From an uncultured euryarchaeote (lineage in GTDB: Archaea > Thermoplasmatota > Poseidoniia > Poseidoniales > Poseidoniaceae), in NCBI GenBank assembly GCA_937911345.1, contig CALDPP010000197.1, positions 1-48,696 of the forward strand: 48,696 nt of DNA, written 5' to 3'. Each line of letters begins with the position of its first letter. The first letter of the stretch is position 1. The translations under genes were made by a program, and so were the position numbers. Shown here piece by piece: positions 18,072 to 28,148 of the stretch. The notes below the pieces were generated by a model. The model saw only the letters and a program-made list of their open reading frames with translations, did no database searches and was not told where the DNA came from.

Positions 18072-19945
18072 CTAGATACTACATCAAGTCGAGAATTTCT
18101 ACCAATTTGGCCGCGTAATTGGTCTGCCCAAGCATCAAGTTCTATGTTTGATAATAGTACATAGTCGCCTTCATTTGCCATATCGTACTGGTGACCCCAA
18201 TCGTTTGACCAACCTGAAACCTTGATAGATTGCTTGCTATCGAAAATTACGAGGCCTTTACGGTGCCATTCTCGACCATTTTTGCCTATTCCTGAACGTT
18301 GGAATTTATACGCTAATTTACCAACAATATCCCATCTTGCTCTAAAATTGAGCAAATTATCAGAATAATCGATATCACCAGCAACATTAGTTAATTTACC
18401 AAGAGGATCTAACTTTACCGTTAATTCACCTCTATAATTTGAGGTAATTATTACATTTTCAAGATATATCAGATCATTTTTCTTTAATCCGTTAGGATAA
18501 TTCTGCTCCCCGTCTTGATTCATTGTAACTCTAAAATCTACTGTTGCGCGATTACCATCTTGAATTATTTTAATTTCTGGAGAGTCATTTTCTCGATAAT
18601 TTATCGAATCAATATTGGCACTAAGATTGAACCTTACAGTAAGTTGGTCAAATGGCACGGTATTGGTCTCTGTTGTTTTACCAGGAAGTTGGTAAAAGCC
18701 ATTAGGTTCTACATATTCAAGACCTTGACCTCCGGAACAAAATGAATTCCAATCACATCTGTCACACCTTTTTTCCTCTTTTGGCGACGCAGTTGGCACC
18801 CCACCTTCACTAAAACCCCTAACCGGCGAGGGATTAGCAGGATGCTTTTCTATAGACGTTTTTTGACCTTTTAATCGATGCCATAATTGCTCTAATTCGG
18901 CTTCCATGTTAGCCATCTCAATCTCCGTTGGATTCTTCACTGATTTTATGACGCCTGCACCGAGGTACCAAATTTCTAAGTCGGAAACCGTTTCTTTTTT
19001 GCCATGAGTTATCCACCAAAGCATAGCGTACATTCGAAGTTGTTCAACATAATCTCCGGATCTATCTCCAATTCCCTTACTTGCTTTGATGTCAACAATT
19101 TTAATCGAACCGTCCCATCGGTAAACCAAGTCATACTCGCCCTGAAACCAATAATTTGGATGTATTGCGTTCATACTAAATTGTCCTGATTCCGGTTCTA
19201 CAAACCAAGGCCTCGCAATCTCCCAAGCCTCAAGAATTGAAATTTTACCTTCTTTTGCTAACGGATGCTTGCTATTAATGGTAAATCCAAAACCATCAGG
19301 TGCCGGCCAATGTTCACGATGACCCGCACGCCATTTGGATAATACGGATTCATCAATACTCAAAAAGCACCTATTTACCTCATCTAAATGATATTTCAAA
19401 GCATTAAAACACATCTCAAGACAGTAATCAAACTTAACATCTGACCAATCACCAAATTTTCTCTCCTGCCTCTCCCAATCCTTCTGTGCAGCTAAAAGCG
19501 CAGATTTGAGATGCAATTTCATTCTTTCTTTTGCCCATATCTCAATTTCTTCCAATGTCCCTGGAATCTGATTTTCAGGTAATGGAATAATTCGATTTGC
19601 TGGCCAAGTTAGGTTCAATTCTCTAGAGGGTTTTCCATCCATGCCAATGGGGATTTTTGACAGCGTGTCTTGTGATGCATTTGACAGCAATAGAGATGGT
19701 GATTCCTTGAATGTTCGGCATATCGCTTCCTCTACTGCCCTGCCAACATATAGCACTGGAATTTGTTTAATTTTTAATTTCAAAACCTTCTCATAAAACC
19801 ACATTCTATTGCACGAATTATATGTGTTTACTTGACTCGCTGATAATCGATTGTAAGGACCAACCCCGTCAAGTTCAGAATTGATTTCAGACACCGGCAT
19901 AGGGATATGTTGATGCCTAACCCATTTCAATTCTACCTTAGTCAA
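18068..19945 (-). CDS. PD-(D/E)XK RecB/Cas4-like nuclease (putative 4Fe-4S) fused to C-terminal OB folds, paralog B
   Basis: LSASQVNTYNSC, GEYDLV...IVDIKAS, QLRMYA, CDRCDWNSFC; OB-like C-terminus LVIFDSKQSIKVSGW...GDYVLLSN. Confidence 0.82.
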   Translation of the reverse strand: MTKVELKWVRHQHIPMPVSEINSELDGVGPYNRLSASQVNTYNSCNRMWFYEKVLKLKIKQIPVLYVGRAVEEAICRTFKESPSLLLSNASQDTLSKIPIGMDGKPSRELNLTWPANRIIPLPENQIPGTLEEIEIWAKERMKLHLKSALLAAQKDWERQERKFGDWSDVKFDYCLEMCFNALKYHLDEVNRCFLSIDESVLSKWRAGHREHWPAPDGFGFTINSKHPLAKEGKISILEAWEIARPWFVEPESGQFSMNAIHPNYWFQGEYDLVYRWDGSIKIVDIKASKGIGDRSGDYVEQLRMYAMLWWITHGKKETVSDLEIWYLGAGVIKSVKNPTEIEMANMEAELEQLWHRLKGQKTSIEKHPANPSPVRGFSEGGVPTASPKEEKRCDRCDWNSFCSGGQGLEYVEPNGFYQLPGKTTETNTVPFDQLTVRFNLSANIDSINYRENDSPEIKIIQDGNRATVDFRVTMNQDGEQNYPNGLKKNDLIYLENVIITSNYRGELTVKLDPLGKLTNVAGDIDYSDNLLNFRARWDIVGKLAYKFQRSGIGKNGREWHRKGLVIFDSKQSIKVSGWSNDWGHQYDMANEGDYVLLSNIELDAWADQLRGQIGRNSRLDVVSS

Positions 19946-21662
19946 TGAGTGTGACTCTTGTTGAACGTTGGTCTATTCTCAATTGTGGCAAACCTGAACG
20001 CCAACCCAATTCTGCGGAGACTATCTTCAATTTATTTCCCGGCCTAATAGTAAGCATTTGACTAGTTATGCTGGAACCAAAGGCGACGACCTCTGCTACA
20101 TGTTCTCCATCCCAGATGTGTAAATTTAGCATCGACCATGGTTTTTCATCAAGCCTTACACCCTCTCGAAGCCCTATAGAAAGGACTACTCCTTCCACAT
20201 TTGCCCTAGTCCTCATCAGACCGATTCTAGTAATTTGATATTTGTCTGATTGATCATTATCGCTTGATTTTATTGAAATAATTTTACTCTTATTGTCCAA
20301 ATATAATCTGGGATTACCTCGCCAGACTCCTGGAAGAGCATCAATAATCATTACTTCACCATCTGAATAATCATGCAGTGAAGGATAAGCATTTGGCTCG
20401 CTCTCTTCGATTGTTATCTGCGTGCCTGAAACGCTGACCATTGCACCTAGGACAGGTTCTGAGTAATGATTTGGTAAAGGTCCCCATTGACCTGTAAATT
20501 TACCTTTAACATTGACTCGTGACTGAATCTCACCGATTTTTTGGCTTGGTGGAGAAAGGTTAACAGTAACTTCTTCCAAACTATTCAGAAATTCTATTCC
20601 AGAGTCCTCATCTCCAAATTTACACCAAAAACAGCCAGCTGAATCATTGCATGGTTCGGGATATTCATCTGGAAGTTTGGCTGGACCTTCACCTAAATCG
20701 AGCATTAACCTGTGTGTCTGTAAATACATATCTCCAAGTTTATCCATCTCCTTTTCAGTCGGAACCTCATATTGTATTCGAGAAGAATTATCTAGGTACC
20801 ATCCCTCTATACAATCAACCATTTCCTTTTGATGGGTTTCACGCCACAACCAAGCGTAGAAGTTTAACTGATGCTTTAGAGATTCAGCAAATTTTGAGCT
20901 TGGATTACCCGATTTGATATCAACTATTCTCGTTTTACCATCCCATCTTAGAACTAAGTCTAGTTCTCCTGCAGCCCAACCATCTGGATGAAACAATCTC
21001 TGTGGTTGATGTACTCGTGGATCCTTTACCCAAGGTCTAGCAATCTCCCATGATTCTATCCAATCTACTTCACTACCAGCTTCCTGCCATTGCATTGGTT
21101 CATCTTTTGACCAATTCCTCATTCCGAAATTCCTTACTTTGTCTGGAATAGGAAACAGGGGTTCTTCCCCCCATGCCGGACTAGGGACTGAGAATGGTGG
21201 TTTTCCAGATCTAAATTGTTCTAGGTACGGACCTCCGCCGGATTCATGACAACTTTCAACCTCTTCCAAAAACATATCAAGTCCATTTTTTATTTTCCTT
21301 GATAGTTCGGCGACATCCACATCATCCCAATTTTGTCCATCTTGTTTCCACAAGGTATTGTCCCAGTCATCTTTTCCATTATGATAACATTGTTCTGCTT
21401 CATGCTCAGCCAAACTGTAGCACCAATCTCTTAACTCTTCAAGTGAGCAAATACTTACAGGCCTCCTCATTAAGATTGAGCACAGTGAATCTTCAATTAC
21501 GATACCTAAAACTTGGGAGATAGACCTTGGTGAAGATAATCCTAACTTGTTGGATAGGAAAAATTGCCGTTTACAACGTAAGAACTTAGTCAGCGAAGAT
21601 GCAGAAATCCTTGTCCTTGTTCTGCTAAGTGGACCTCCAGAAGGCGGTGTTCCCATTGGCAT
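19938..21662 (-). CDS. PD-(D/E)XK RecB/Cas4-like nuclease fused to C-terminal OB folds, paralog A
   Basis: ISASSLTKFLRC, GELDLV...IVDIKSG, QLNFYA, CNDSAGCFWC; OB-like LHIWDGEHVAEVVAFG...PGNKLKI. Confidence 0.82.
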   Translation of the reverse strand: MPMGTPPSGGPLSRTRTRISASSLTKFLRCKRQFFLSNKLGLSSPRSISQVLGIVIEDSLCSILMRRPVSICSLEELRDWCYSLAEHEAEQCYHNGKDDWDNTLWKQDGQNWDDVDVAELSRKIKNGLDMFLEEVESCHESGGGPYLEQFRSGKPPFSVPSPAWGEEPLFPIPDKVRNFGMRNWSKDEPMQWQEAGSEVDWIESWEIARPWVKDPRVHQPQRLFHPDGWAAGELDLVLRWDGKTRIVDIKSGNPSSKFAESLKHQLNFYAWLWRETHQKEMVDCIEGWYLDNSSRIQYEVPTEKEMDKLGDMYLQTHRLMLDLGEGPAKLPDEYPEPCNDSAGCFWCKFGDEDSGIEFLNSLEEVTVNLSPPSQKIGEIQSRVNVKGKFTGQWGPLPNHYSEPVLGAMVSVSGTQITIEESEPNAYPSLHDYSDGEVMIIDALPGVWRGNPRLYLDNKSKIISIKSSDNDQSDKYQITRIGLMRTRANVEGVVLSIGLREGVRLDEKPWSMLNLHIWDGEHVAEVVAFGSSITSQMLTIRPGNKLKIVSAELGWRSGLPQLRIDQRSTRVTLID

Positions 21663-21670
21663 GCTATCAC

Positions 21671-23452
21671 TTACCGGGAGTCAAATGAGTAGTAATCACC
21701 TGATGATTGTTGTTCTCGATCCTTTCTACTTTCTGGCTTGTTTATTCTTGGACGTTTAGAGTCGTGATCTCTTCTAAATGTAATATTTACATCTTTCAAA
21801 AATTGGTTCATCCCCTCACGCAGTGGGAATGGGCCATTGGCGGTGCCTTGTTCACCACCAACTCCATCAAAAACCAATAATGAATCACTCAAGATATCGA
21901 TAAAGTATACGTCGTGATCAATAACAAATGCCGACTTTTCGTTTGACTCCATAGTTCTGCGAATTGCTTTCGCAGCTTCCATTCTTGCATTTGCATCTAG
22001 ATGAGCCGAAGGTTCATCCAAAAGATATAGGTCAGCTTCCCTGCCTAGACAAATAGCAATTGATACAGCTTGTCTTTCACCACCTGACAATTTCTTGACC
22101 CGTTTCGCCAATAACTGATCAACCCCCAATGCTTTGATTACATTTACATTGAATTCGCCACTACGCCATCGAGCACCAATTTCACTGTCAAGCCATAACT
22201 GGACACTACAATCTATGTCAACATCAATGTGTTGAGGCTTGTAGGAAATTGTTGGTTGTTGTCCAACCCAACCCGAATCATATTCCATTTCACCGGCTAG
22301 TATCTTTATCATGGTGGATTTTCCAGTACCATTTGGACCTACAACGCCAACAACTTCCGAACGGTGGACTTTACCCTCGCCGCTTGAAAATTTAAAATCG
22401 CCAAGTTGCTTTTCCAAAGAGTTCCAAGAAATTATCTCGTTACCAATTTCTGGAACACGGTCTCTATGATTAAGAAACTGAATAGGTTTACTTCTTATTC
22501 TGACATTTTGTTCTGGTAGGAATCCATCTAGATATGTGTTTATTGCTTGTCTAGTAGATCGTGCCGGCGTAAATATACCAAATGCTCCTTTTTTACCATA
22601 AACAATGTGAATTAAATCTGCTAGAACGTCTAAAACGGCAATGTCGTGTTCAATAACAATTACCCGTTTAGATTCTGATAACTCTTGAATTATCTTTACC
22701 ATTCTCATTCGTTCATGTATATCCAAATAAGATGAGGGTTCATCAAAGAAATAAACATCTGCTTCTCTAAGAATTGTTGCACAAATCGCCATCCGTTGTA
22801 ATTCACCTCCAGACAACTGTTGTATCTGACGATCAAGTAGGTGGTATATGCCTAATTTTTGCGTCATTTGATCAAGAATTTTTCGCTCATCAACTTTTGA
22901 AAGCAAGTCCTTTACGCTACCTTTGACTCTTTTTGGCAATTTGTCTACGTTTTGGGGTTTTACTGCAACTTTTATTTTACCATCCTTGACAGCAATAAGG
23001 AAATCTCTTAATTCGCCCCTGGGCAATGATTCAATAATATCATCCCAATCTGGATCTTTGTTTGTCCAGTCACCGAGATTTGGCACAACTCTTCCTGATA
23101 GTGAATTAATAGCTGTTGATTTACCCATTCCGTTAGGACCTAAAATTCCAACAACACTATCCTTTGACGGTGTAGGAAGTCGAAATAATCGAAACCCATT
23201 GAGTGAGTATCTGTGAACCATATCAGTTTCCAATTCGCTTGGTAACTGCTCAATGATTAATGCATCATGTGGACATTTATTGATGCAAATACCACAGCCG
23301 ATGCAGAGACTTTCAGAAATATGAGGCTTCCCCGTCTTTTCGTCCATTACGATACATTCTTGTCCGTTTCTAACAGGTGGACAAAATACTTGACATTCGT
23401 CATTGCACTTCTTAGGTTGACAATTGTCCTCCTTTAGTACAGCAACTCTCAT
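21671..23452 (-). CDS. Ribosome recycling ATPase ABCE1/RLI
   Basis: N-terminal Fe-S domain (CQPKKC, CIGCGICINKCP) and two ABC cassettes (GPNGMGKST, LSGGE, GPNGTGKST). Confidence 0.97.
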   Translation of the reverse strand: MRVAVLKEDNCQPKKCNDECQVFCPPVRNGQECIVMDEKTGKPHISESLCIGCGICINKCPHDALIIEQLPSELETDMVHRYSLNGFRLFRLPTPSKDSVVGILGPNGMGKSTAINSLSGRVVPNLGDWTNKDPDWDDIIESLPRGELRDFLIAVKDGKIKVAVKPQNVDKLPKRVKGSVKDLLSKVDERKILDQMTQKLGIYHLLDRQIQQLSGGELQRMAICATILREADVYFFDEPSSYLDIHERMRMVKIIQELSESKRVIVIEHDIAVLDVLADLIHIVYGKKGAFGIFTPARSTRQAINTYLDGFLPEQNVRIRSKPIQFLNHRDRVPEIGNEIISWNSLEKQLGDFKFSSGEGKVHRSEVVGVVGPNGTGKSTMIKILAGEMEYDSGWVGQQPTISYKPQHIDVDIDCSVQLWLDSEIGARWRSGEFNVNVIKALGVDQLLAKRVKKLSGGERQAVSIAICLGREADLYLLDEPSAHLDANARMEAAKAIRRTMESNEKSAFVIDHDVYFIDILSDSLLVFDGVGGEQGTANGPFPLREGMNQFLKDVNITFRRDHDSKRPRINKPESRKDREQQSSGDYYSFDSR

Positions 23453-23534
23453 ACCCTCTCACCTAATCTTCGCTAACGCTATCACTTATTGAATCAATGC
23501 AACAAAGCTGCTAAAATGCAGCCTTTTAATTTGC

Positions 23535-24074
23535 TCAAACCAAGCCCTTTAGATGCTCTCGGCCCTTGACAAGTTTGATACTACAAGGTGTTGGGAACTT
23601 CATACTAGCCTTTCTAAGTGCGTCTCTAGCCGTTAGATAGAATTCTGGTGTTACTTGTATAGAAATGACTCTCTGCCCTCTTTTTACCCTTGCTGCTGTT
23701 CCAACATTCTTACCAAATGCGCACCTCATACCTTGGGAAACACGGTCTGCACCTGCACCGGTGGCTTGCTTGTTCTCTCTTAGAACATGATGGGGGTAAG
23801 TGTGTACTCTCAAAGCATAACCCTGGGCACCTGCACTCTTTCTTATTGTCGAGTTGGAAATTACACGAGCCGCTTCCAGTGCAGTGTGTCTAATCTGACA
23901 GTCATTATCTGCAGTCAATTCGATTACTACTTCAAACTGACCTGTCTCCGCAGCACGGCGGTTTCCAACGTGAAACTGATGAATTCTGTTATTTGGGACA
24001 CCGCCGATATACTTGCGTCTTGTATATGCAGGACCCTTCAATCTTCGGTACATTGATGCTGGTTTACGTGCCAT
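23535..24074 (-). CDS. rpl10e: 50S ribosomal protein L10e (uL16)
   Basis: MARKPASMYR, QIRHTALEAAR, PHHVLRENK, GAGADRVSQGMR. ATG 24074 follows GGAGGT. Confidence 0.95.
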   Translation of the reverse strand: MARKPASMYRRLKGPAYTRRKYIGGVPNNRIHQFHVGNRRAAETGQFEVVIELTADNDCQIRHTALEAARVISNSTIRKSAGAQGYALRVHTYPHHVLRENKQATGAGADRVSQGMRCAFGKNVGTAARVKRGQRVISIQVTPEFYLTARDALRKASMKFPTPCSIKLVKGREHLKGLV

Positions 24075-24222
24075 GTGATACCTCCAAGCATCCTTCCGAA
24101 TCATGCTCCCTTTATGATTTCTCCGCATGACTATATCTCAAGAAATAAGTAAAAATTCCCACATCCTCTGCAAGAATAAAATGCTAGATATTCCAACAAT
24201 GGTTTGAGGGGAAGTAATTTTC

Positions 24223-25410
24223 ATGTGGCGTAATATGCTGAAGCAGGAATCTGAGCATCAGTGGATTGCTATCGCAGGATTTTTTGTATTCATCATTATT
24301 GGAGCCATATTCATCAAAGGAACCAGTCACATACCTGGTGTGGATTTAATTGAAAACGAACTGGGTACAGAATATAGAATAATGGATTCTAAGTACGCTG
24401 ACGAAGACAATTCTTTCATGCTAACATACACAAGCGGAGAATTTGAGTATCTCGCTGTTAATTCAGGAAACAAGGAAGTGTTAATTGATTCAAATTCAGA
24501 CATTGATGCAGGCAGCATTTCCGGAATTACAATGATTGATAATGGTAGTGTGTTGATTGCTAACGGAGGAAATAACGCCTATTTGATTGATGATTCAAAC
24601 ATATCTACCTTTGAAATAAACTTTGGTCAAGATAATTTTTCCTTGGCTCAAATAGAACAATCTAATGATTACTCTGACCTATTTCTCTTGATAACCACAG
24701 AAAACGATAACCTTCAAGGCATTAGAGGATTGAATGCCTCAGGCATTACCAGTTCCAGCACTCCAAACAACGAGAATGTTCGTTGGGATAGCGTATCTCA
24801 TGTATCAACTGGCAAGTGGATAGCTACTGGAGTTTACAATACTCCAGTGACATCAGGTGACCAAAGTCCAGCTGCTCCAGACATGAAGCCTGTATGGGCA
24901 ACCATTCTTTGGGATGGCGGTCACACCGCACCAATGATTGAAAACATCAAAATTGGCCTATTTGGTGAATATCATTCAATGATAAAACTCAATCATAATC
25001 ATGTAATAATCGCCGGAACGCATGAGACTATTTTGTTAAATCATAGATCTGGAAGCGCGATAAATATCGACTATTCTAGCGTTGCGGGCCTATCTGACAA
25101 CTGCAACAGTGCTTGGTTATTCAACGGTAAAGATTCAAATTCTGTATTAAGATTTGAAGGCACCTCGTGGGATATTGAAGAACTCCCTCATCAGATTCCA
25201 ATAAACATAGAGGCCAGTGGCTTTGATGGAAATACCATCTATTTGCATGGAATGGACGATAACGGAAATTCAAAAACATTAACATTTGATACTTCTGCAG
25301 TTGGTTCTATAGAATCTGGTAGTGGATTCATAAATTTAGCATTCATTATTGTTTCATTGATAATGTTCACCATAATGGCAGTAAATGTTCTAGACAAATT
25401 TAGAAAGTAA
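24223..25410 (+). CDS. Hypothetical membrane-anchored beta-rich protein with N- and C-terminal TM helices
   Basis: Hydrophobic ends flank a beta-propeller-like N/S/D-rich region. Confidence 0.65.
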   Translation: MWRNMLKQESEHQWIAIAGFFVFIIIGAIFIKGTSHIPGVDLIENELGTEYRIMDSKYADEDNSFMLTYTSGEFEYLAVNSGNKEVLIDSNSDIDAGSISGITMIDNGSVLIANGGNNAYLIDDSNISTFEINFGQDNFSLAQIEQSNDYSDLFLLITTENDNLQGIRGLNASGITSSSTPNNENVRWDSVSHVSTGKWIATGVYNTPVTSGDQSPAAPDMKPVWATILWDGGHTAPMIENIKIGLFGEYHSMIKLNHNHVIIAGTHETILLNHRSGSAINIDYSSVAGLSDNCNSAWLFNGKDSNSVLRFEGTSWDIEELPHQIPINIEASGFDGNTIYLHGMDDNGNSKTLTFDTSAVGSIESGSGFINLAFIIVSLIMFTIMAVNVLDKFRK

Positions 25411-25493
25411 TTATCACTGAAACACTGATTATTTGTCAAATGTCTTGACAACCTTCATTTGCTATGGTCTGTGACCACTAAACCCTGCGATGT

Positions 25494-28148
25494 GTGGTGA
25501 CTCAATTGTCGAAGAGAACTATGATGGATCAATTCATGGAAATTAAGCATGAAAATCCGGGTACAATTCTTTTCTTTCGCATGGGAGATTTTTATGAATT
25601 ATTTCATGAAGATGCAGAAATCGCAGCCCCCGTACTAGGTCTTGCCCTCACCTCTCGCGATAAAAACGCAGAAAATCCTATCCCAATGGCTGGTTTTCCA
25701 TGGCATGCTTTAGAAGATAATCTTAGAATTATGCTAAAGTCAGGATTTAAGGTAACCGTTGCAGAACAAGAACAAGAGTTGAGGGAAGGTGCAAAATTAC
25801 TAGAGAGAGTTGTCACTAGAATTTATACCCCTGGTAGTTTGTATGAGGAATCCTTACTTTCTACAAATGACCGTTCCGTTCTTTGCTCAATAGTATTAGC
25901 TAAATCGTCTCTAGGCATGGCTATTATAGACTCATCAACTGGTGAGTCATGGGCCTCTACTTGGAATGATGATACACGATTCAGCAGCTTAGAAGATGAA
26001 TTGTTGCGATGGAATCCCGCAGAAATAATCATTTCACCAAAAGACTCAGAAAATGATAACTTATGTGCAATTTTCGCTAATCTAACTAATTGTGTTATCT
26101 CTCAACATAACGTAAACAAAAAGCGCAGAATAGAAAGATTAGAAACTATGCTCGAAGTTTCTGATCTGGGACACCTTGATCTAGACAGTTCACCACTGTC
26201 AATTGACGCTGCAGGGTTTGCTGCTGATTATCTTGCTCAAGTCCATTTCAAGGAAGACATACCAATCAGAGATTTACAGATTGTTGAAGATACTGGGCAC
26301 CTTGTAGTCGACCAAACAACACTTAGAAATCTTGAGATTACCAGCACGCTTTCGGGTGAATACGAAGGCAGCCTAATATCCAGCATGAATTATTGCCGAA
26401 CTGCTATGGGTAGAAGACAACTGAAAACTTGGTTACTTAGACCATTATATCAAAAAGAAGCAATAGAATTACGTCATAATGCCGTAAAAATACTGAAATC
26501 ATCATCAAAGAGATTAGATATGCTCCGTCAAAATTTAACTGGTTTAAGGGATTTAGAAAGACTAGCGACACAACTAGCATACAACAGAAGTAATGCAAGA
26601 GATTTATTGGCAACTGCACTTGCTCTAGAAAGAATGCCTGCAATTATGCAAATCTGCTCAGAGACTAATGATGTACTCCTTTCACATTTGAGCGATGAAC
26701 TTAGTTGTTTATCAGATATGGCTGAAGATATATTTAGAACATTAAATGATGAATTACCACTAAGTCTGAGAGATGGTGGTCTGATTAGGAATGGAGTGAA
26801 TTCAGAACTTGACGAGTTGAGAGTTGTTTCTTCTGGTGGCTATGAATGGTTCAAAGAACTTGAGAATAAACTTCGCAATGAATTAGAAATACCATCTCTA
26901 AAAGTTAAGTCTAACCGTCAAATTGGTTGGTTTATTGAAGTGACTAATTCTCATCTTGAGAAAGTACCAAAAGAGTGGATAAGAAAGCAACAGATGACTA
27001 ATGGGTCAAGATATACCACCGAAGAAATTGTTGAAAGAGATGATCTTTTGATGACGGCTGATTCAAAAATAAAGCAGATAGAATATACCTTGTTCCAAAA
27101 TTTAAGGGATTCATGCAGAAAAAACTCTGCAACCCTAGCAACTATTGCTGGAAAGGTTGCTGGAATCGACGTTCTGCAGTGCTTTGCAACAGTAGCAAGA
27201 AAAAGAAACTGGAGTAAACCGAAAATAGTAACAGAATCTATAATTCAAATAAAACAATCAAGACACCCTGTTCTAGAGCAGGTTCATGGTTTTGTTGCTA
27301 ATGATATCAACATGGACAAGAAGAATAGGTTTTTGTTAATCACTGGCCCCAATATGGGTGGTAAATCGACCTACCTAAGAACTGCTGCACTAATTTCAAT
27401 ACTGGCACAATCTGGAAGTTATGTTCCAGCTGAGAGTGCTAAACTAGGCCTAGTTGACCGAATTTTCACAAGAGTAGGGGCAAGTGACGACCTAAAGAGG
27501 GGGCGTTCTACTTTCATGATGGAAATGATTGAGGTTGCTCATATCTTAAAGAAAGCAACAAATAACTCCCTTGTTTTACTAGATGAGATAGGTAGAGGAA
27601 CCTCAACTTTTGATGGATTATCAATCGCATGGTCAGTAACAGAGGACATATCCAAGAGAATTAACTCGAGAACTCTATTTGCTACACACTATCATCAACT
27701 TGTTGGGTTAGAAGACGATATTGAAACACTAAAGAATGTTCATGTTCAAGTCTCTCAGGTAGATGGAAAATTGAAATTCCTACACACCATTGCTGATGGT
27801 CCATGTGACGATTCTTACGGAATTCAAGTTGCCGCTTTAGCCGGCCTTCCAAGAAGTGTAGTTGAAAGGGCTACTGACCTTTTGCAGTTTCTAGAAAAGC
27901 AGGCTAATGGTGCAAAAGCAGGAGAATCTGGTTCTCCAACTGCTAGAGATATTGGACAAACTAGTTTGATGAGTTATTTTGCTGCAGCATCATTAGCAAA
28001 CAATCAAAGTAAGGAAACACCTACATCGCTAGAAGATACGGAATTATTTAGTTACATAAAAACATTGAATTTGGACGAAATGTCACCGAAGCAGGCAATT
28101 GATGCTCTTTATGAAGCAAAATCTTTGTTGGAGGATTCTTATGATTAA
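25494..28148 (+). CDS. mutS: DNA mismatch repair protein MutS (MutS1)
   Basis: FFRMGDFYELF mismatch-binding motif, TGPNMGGKST, STFMMEM, LDEIGRGTS, ATHYH, SYGIQVA. Confidence 0.97.
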   Translation: MVTQLSKRTMMDQFMEIKHENPGTILFFRMGDFYELFHEDAEIAAPVLGLALTSRDKNAENPIPMAGFPWHALEDNLRIMLKSGFKVTVAEQEQELREGAKLLERVVTRIYTPGSLYEESLLSTNDRSVLCSIVLAKSSLGMAIIDSSTGESWASTWNDDTRFSSLEDELLRWNPAEIIISPKDSENDNLCAIFANLTNCVISQHNVNKKRRIERLETMLEVSDLGHLDLDSSPLSIDAAGFAADYLAQVHFKEDIPIRDLQIVEDTGHLVVDQTTLRNLEITSTLSGEYEGSLISSMNYCRTAMGRRQLKTWLLRPLYQKEAIELRHNAVKILKSSSKRLDMLRQNLTGLRDLERLATQLAYNRSNARDLLATALALERMPAIMQICSETNDVLLSHLSDELSCLSDMAEDIFRTLNDELPLSLRDGGLIRNGVNSELDELRVVSSGGYEWFKELENKLRNELEIPSLKVKSNRQIGWFIEVTNSHLEKVPKEWIRKQQMTNGSRYTTEEIVERDDLLMTADSKIKQIEYTLFQNLRDSCRKNSATLATIAGKVAGIDVLQCFATVARKRNWSKPKIVTESIIQIKQSRHPVLEQVHGFVANDINMDKKNRFLLITGPNMGGKSTYLRTAALISILAQSGSYVPAESAKLGLVDRIFTRVGASDDLKRGRSTFMMEMIEVAHILKKATNNSLVLLDEIGRGTSTFDGLSIAWSVTEDISKRINSRTLFATHYHQLVGLEDDIETLKNVHVQVSQVDGKLKFLHTIADGPCDDSYGIQVAALAGLPRSVVERATDLLQFLEKQANGAKAGESGSPTARDIGQTSLMSYFAAASLANNQSKETPTSLEDTELFSYIKTLNLDEMSPKQAIDALYEAKSLLEDSYD

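Noticed and set aside
18068-21662. Nuclease pair as CRISPR Cas4 or canonical AddAB
   Set aside because: No array or cas1/cas2 in the window; the proteins are far longer than Cas4 and have no Walker A or helicase motifs.
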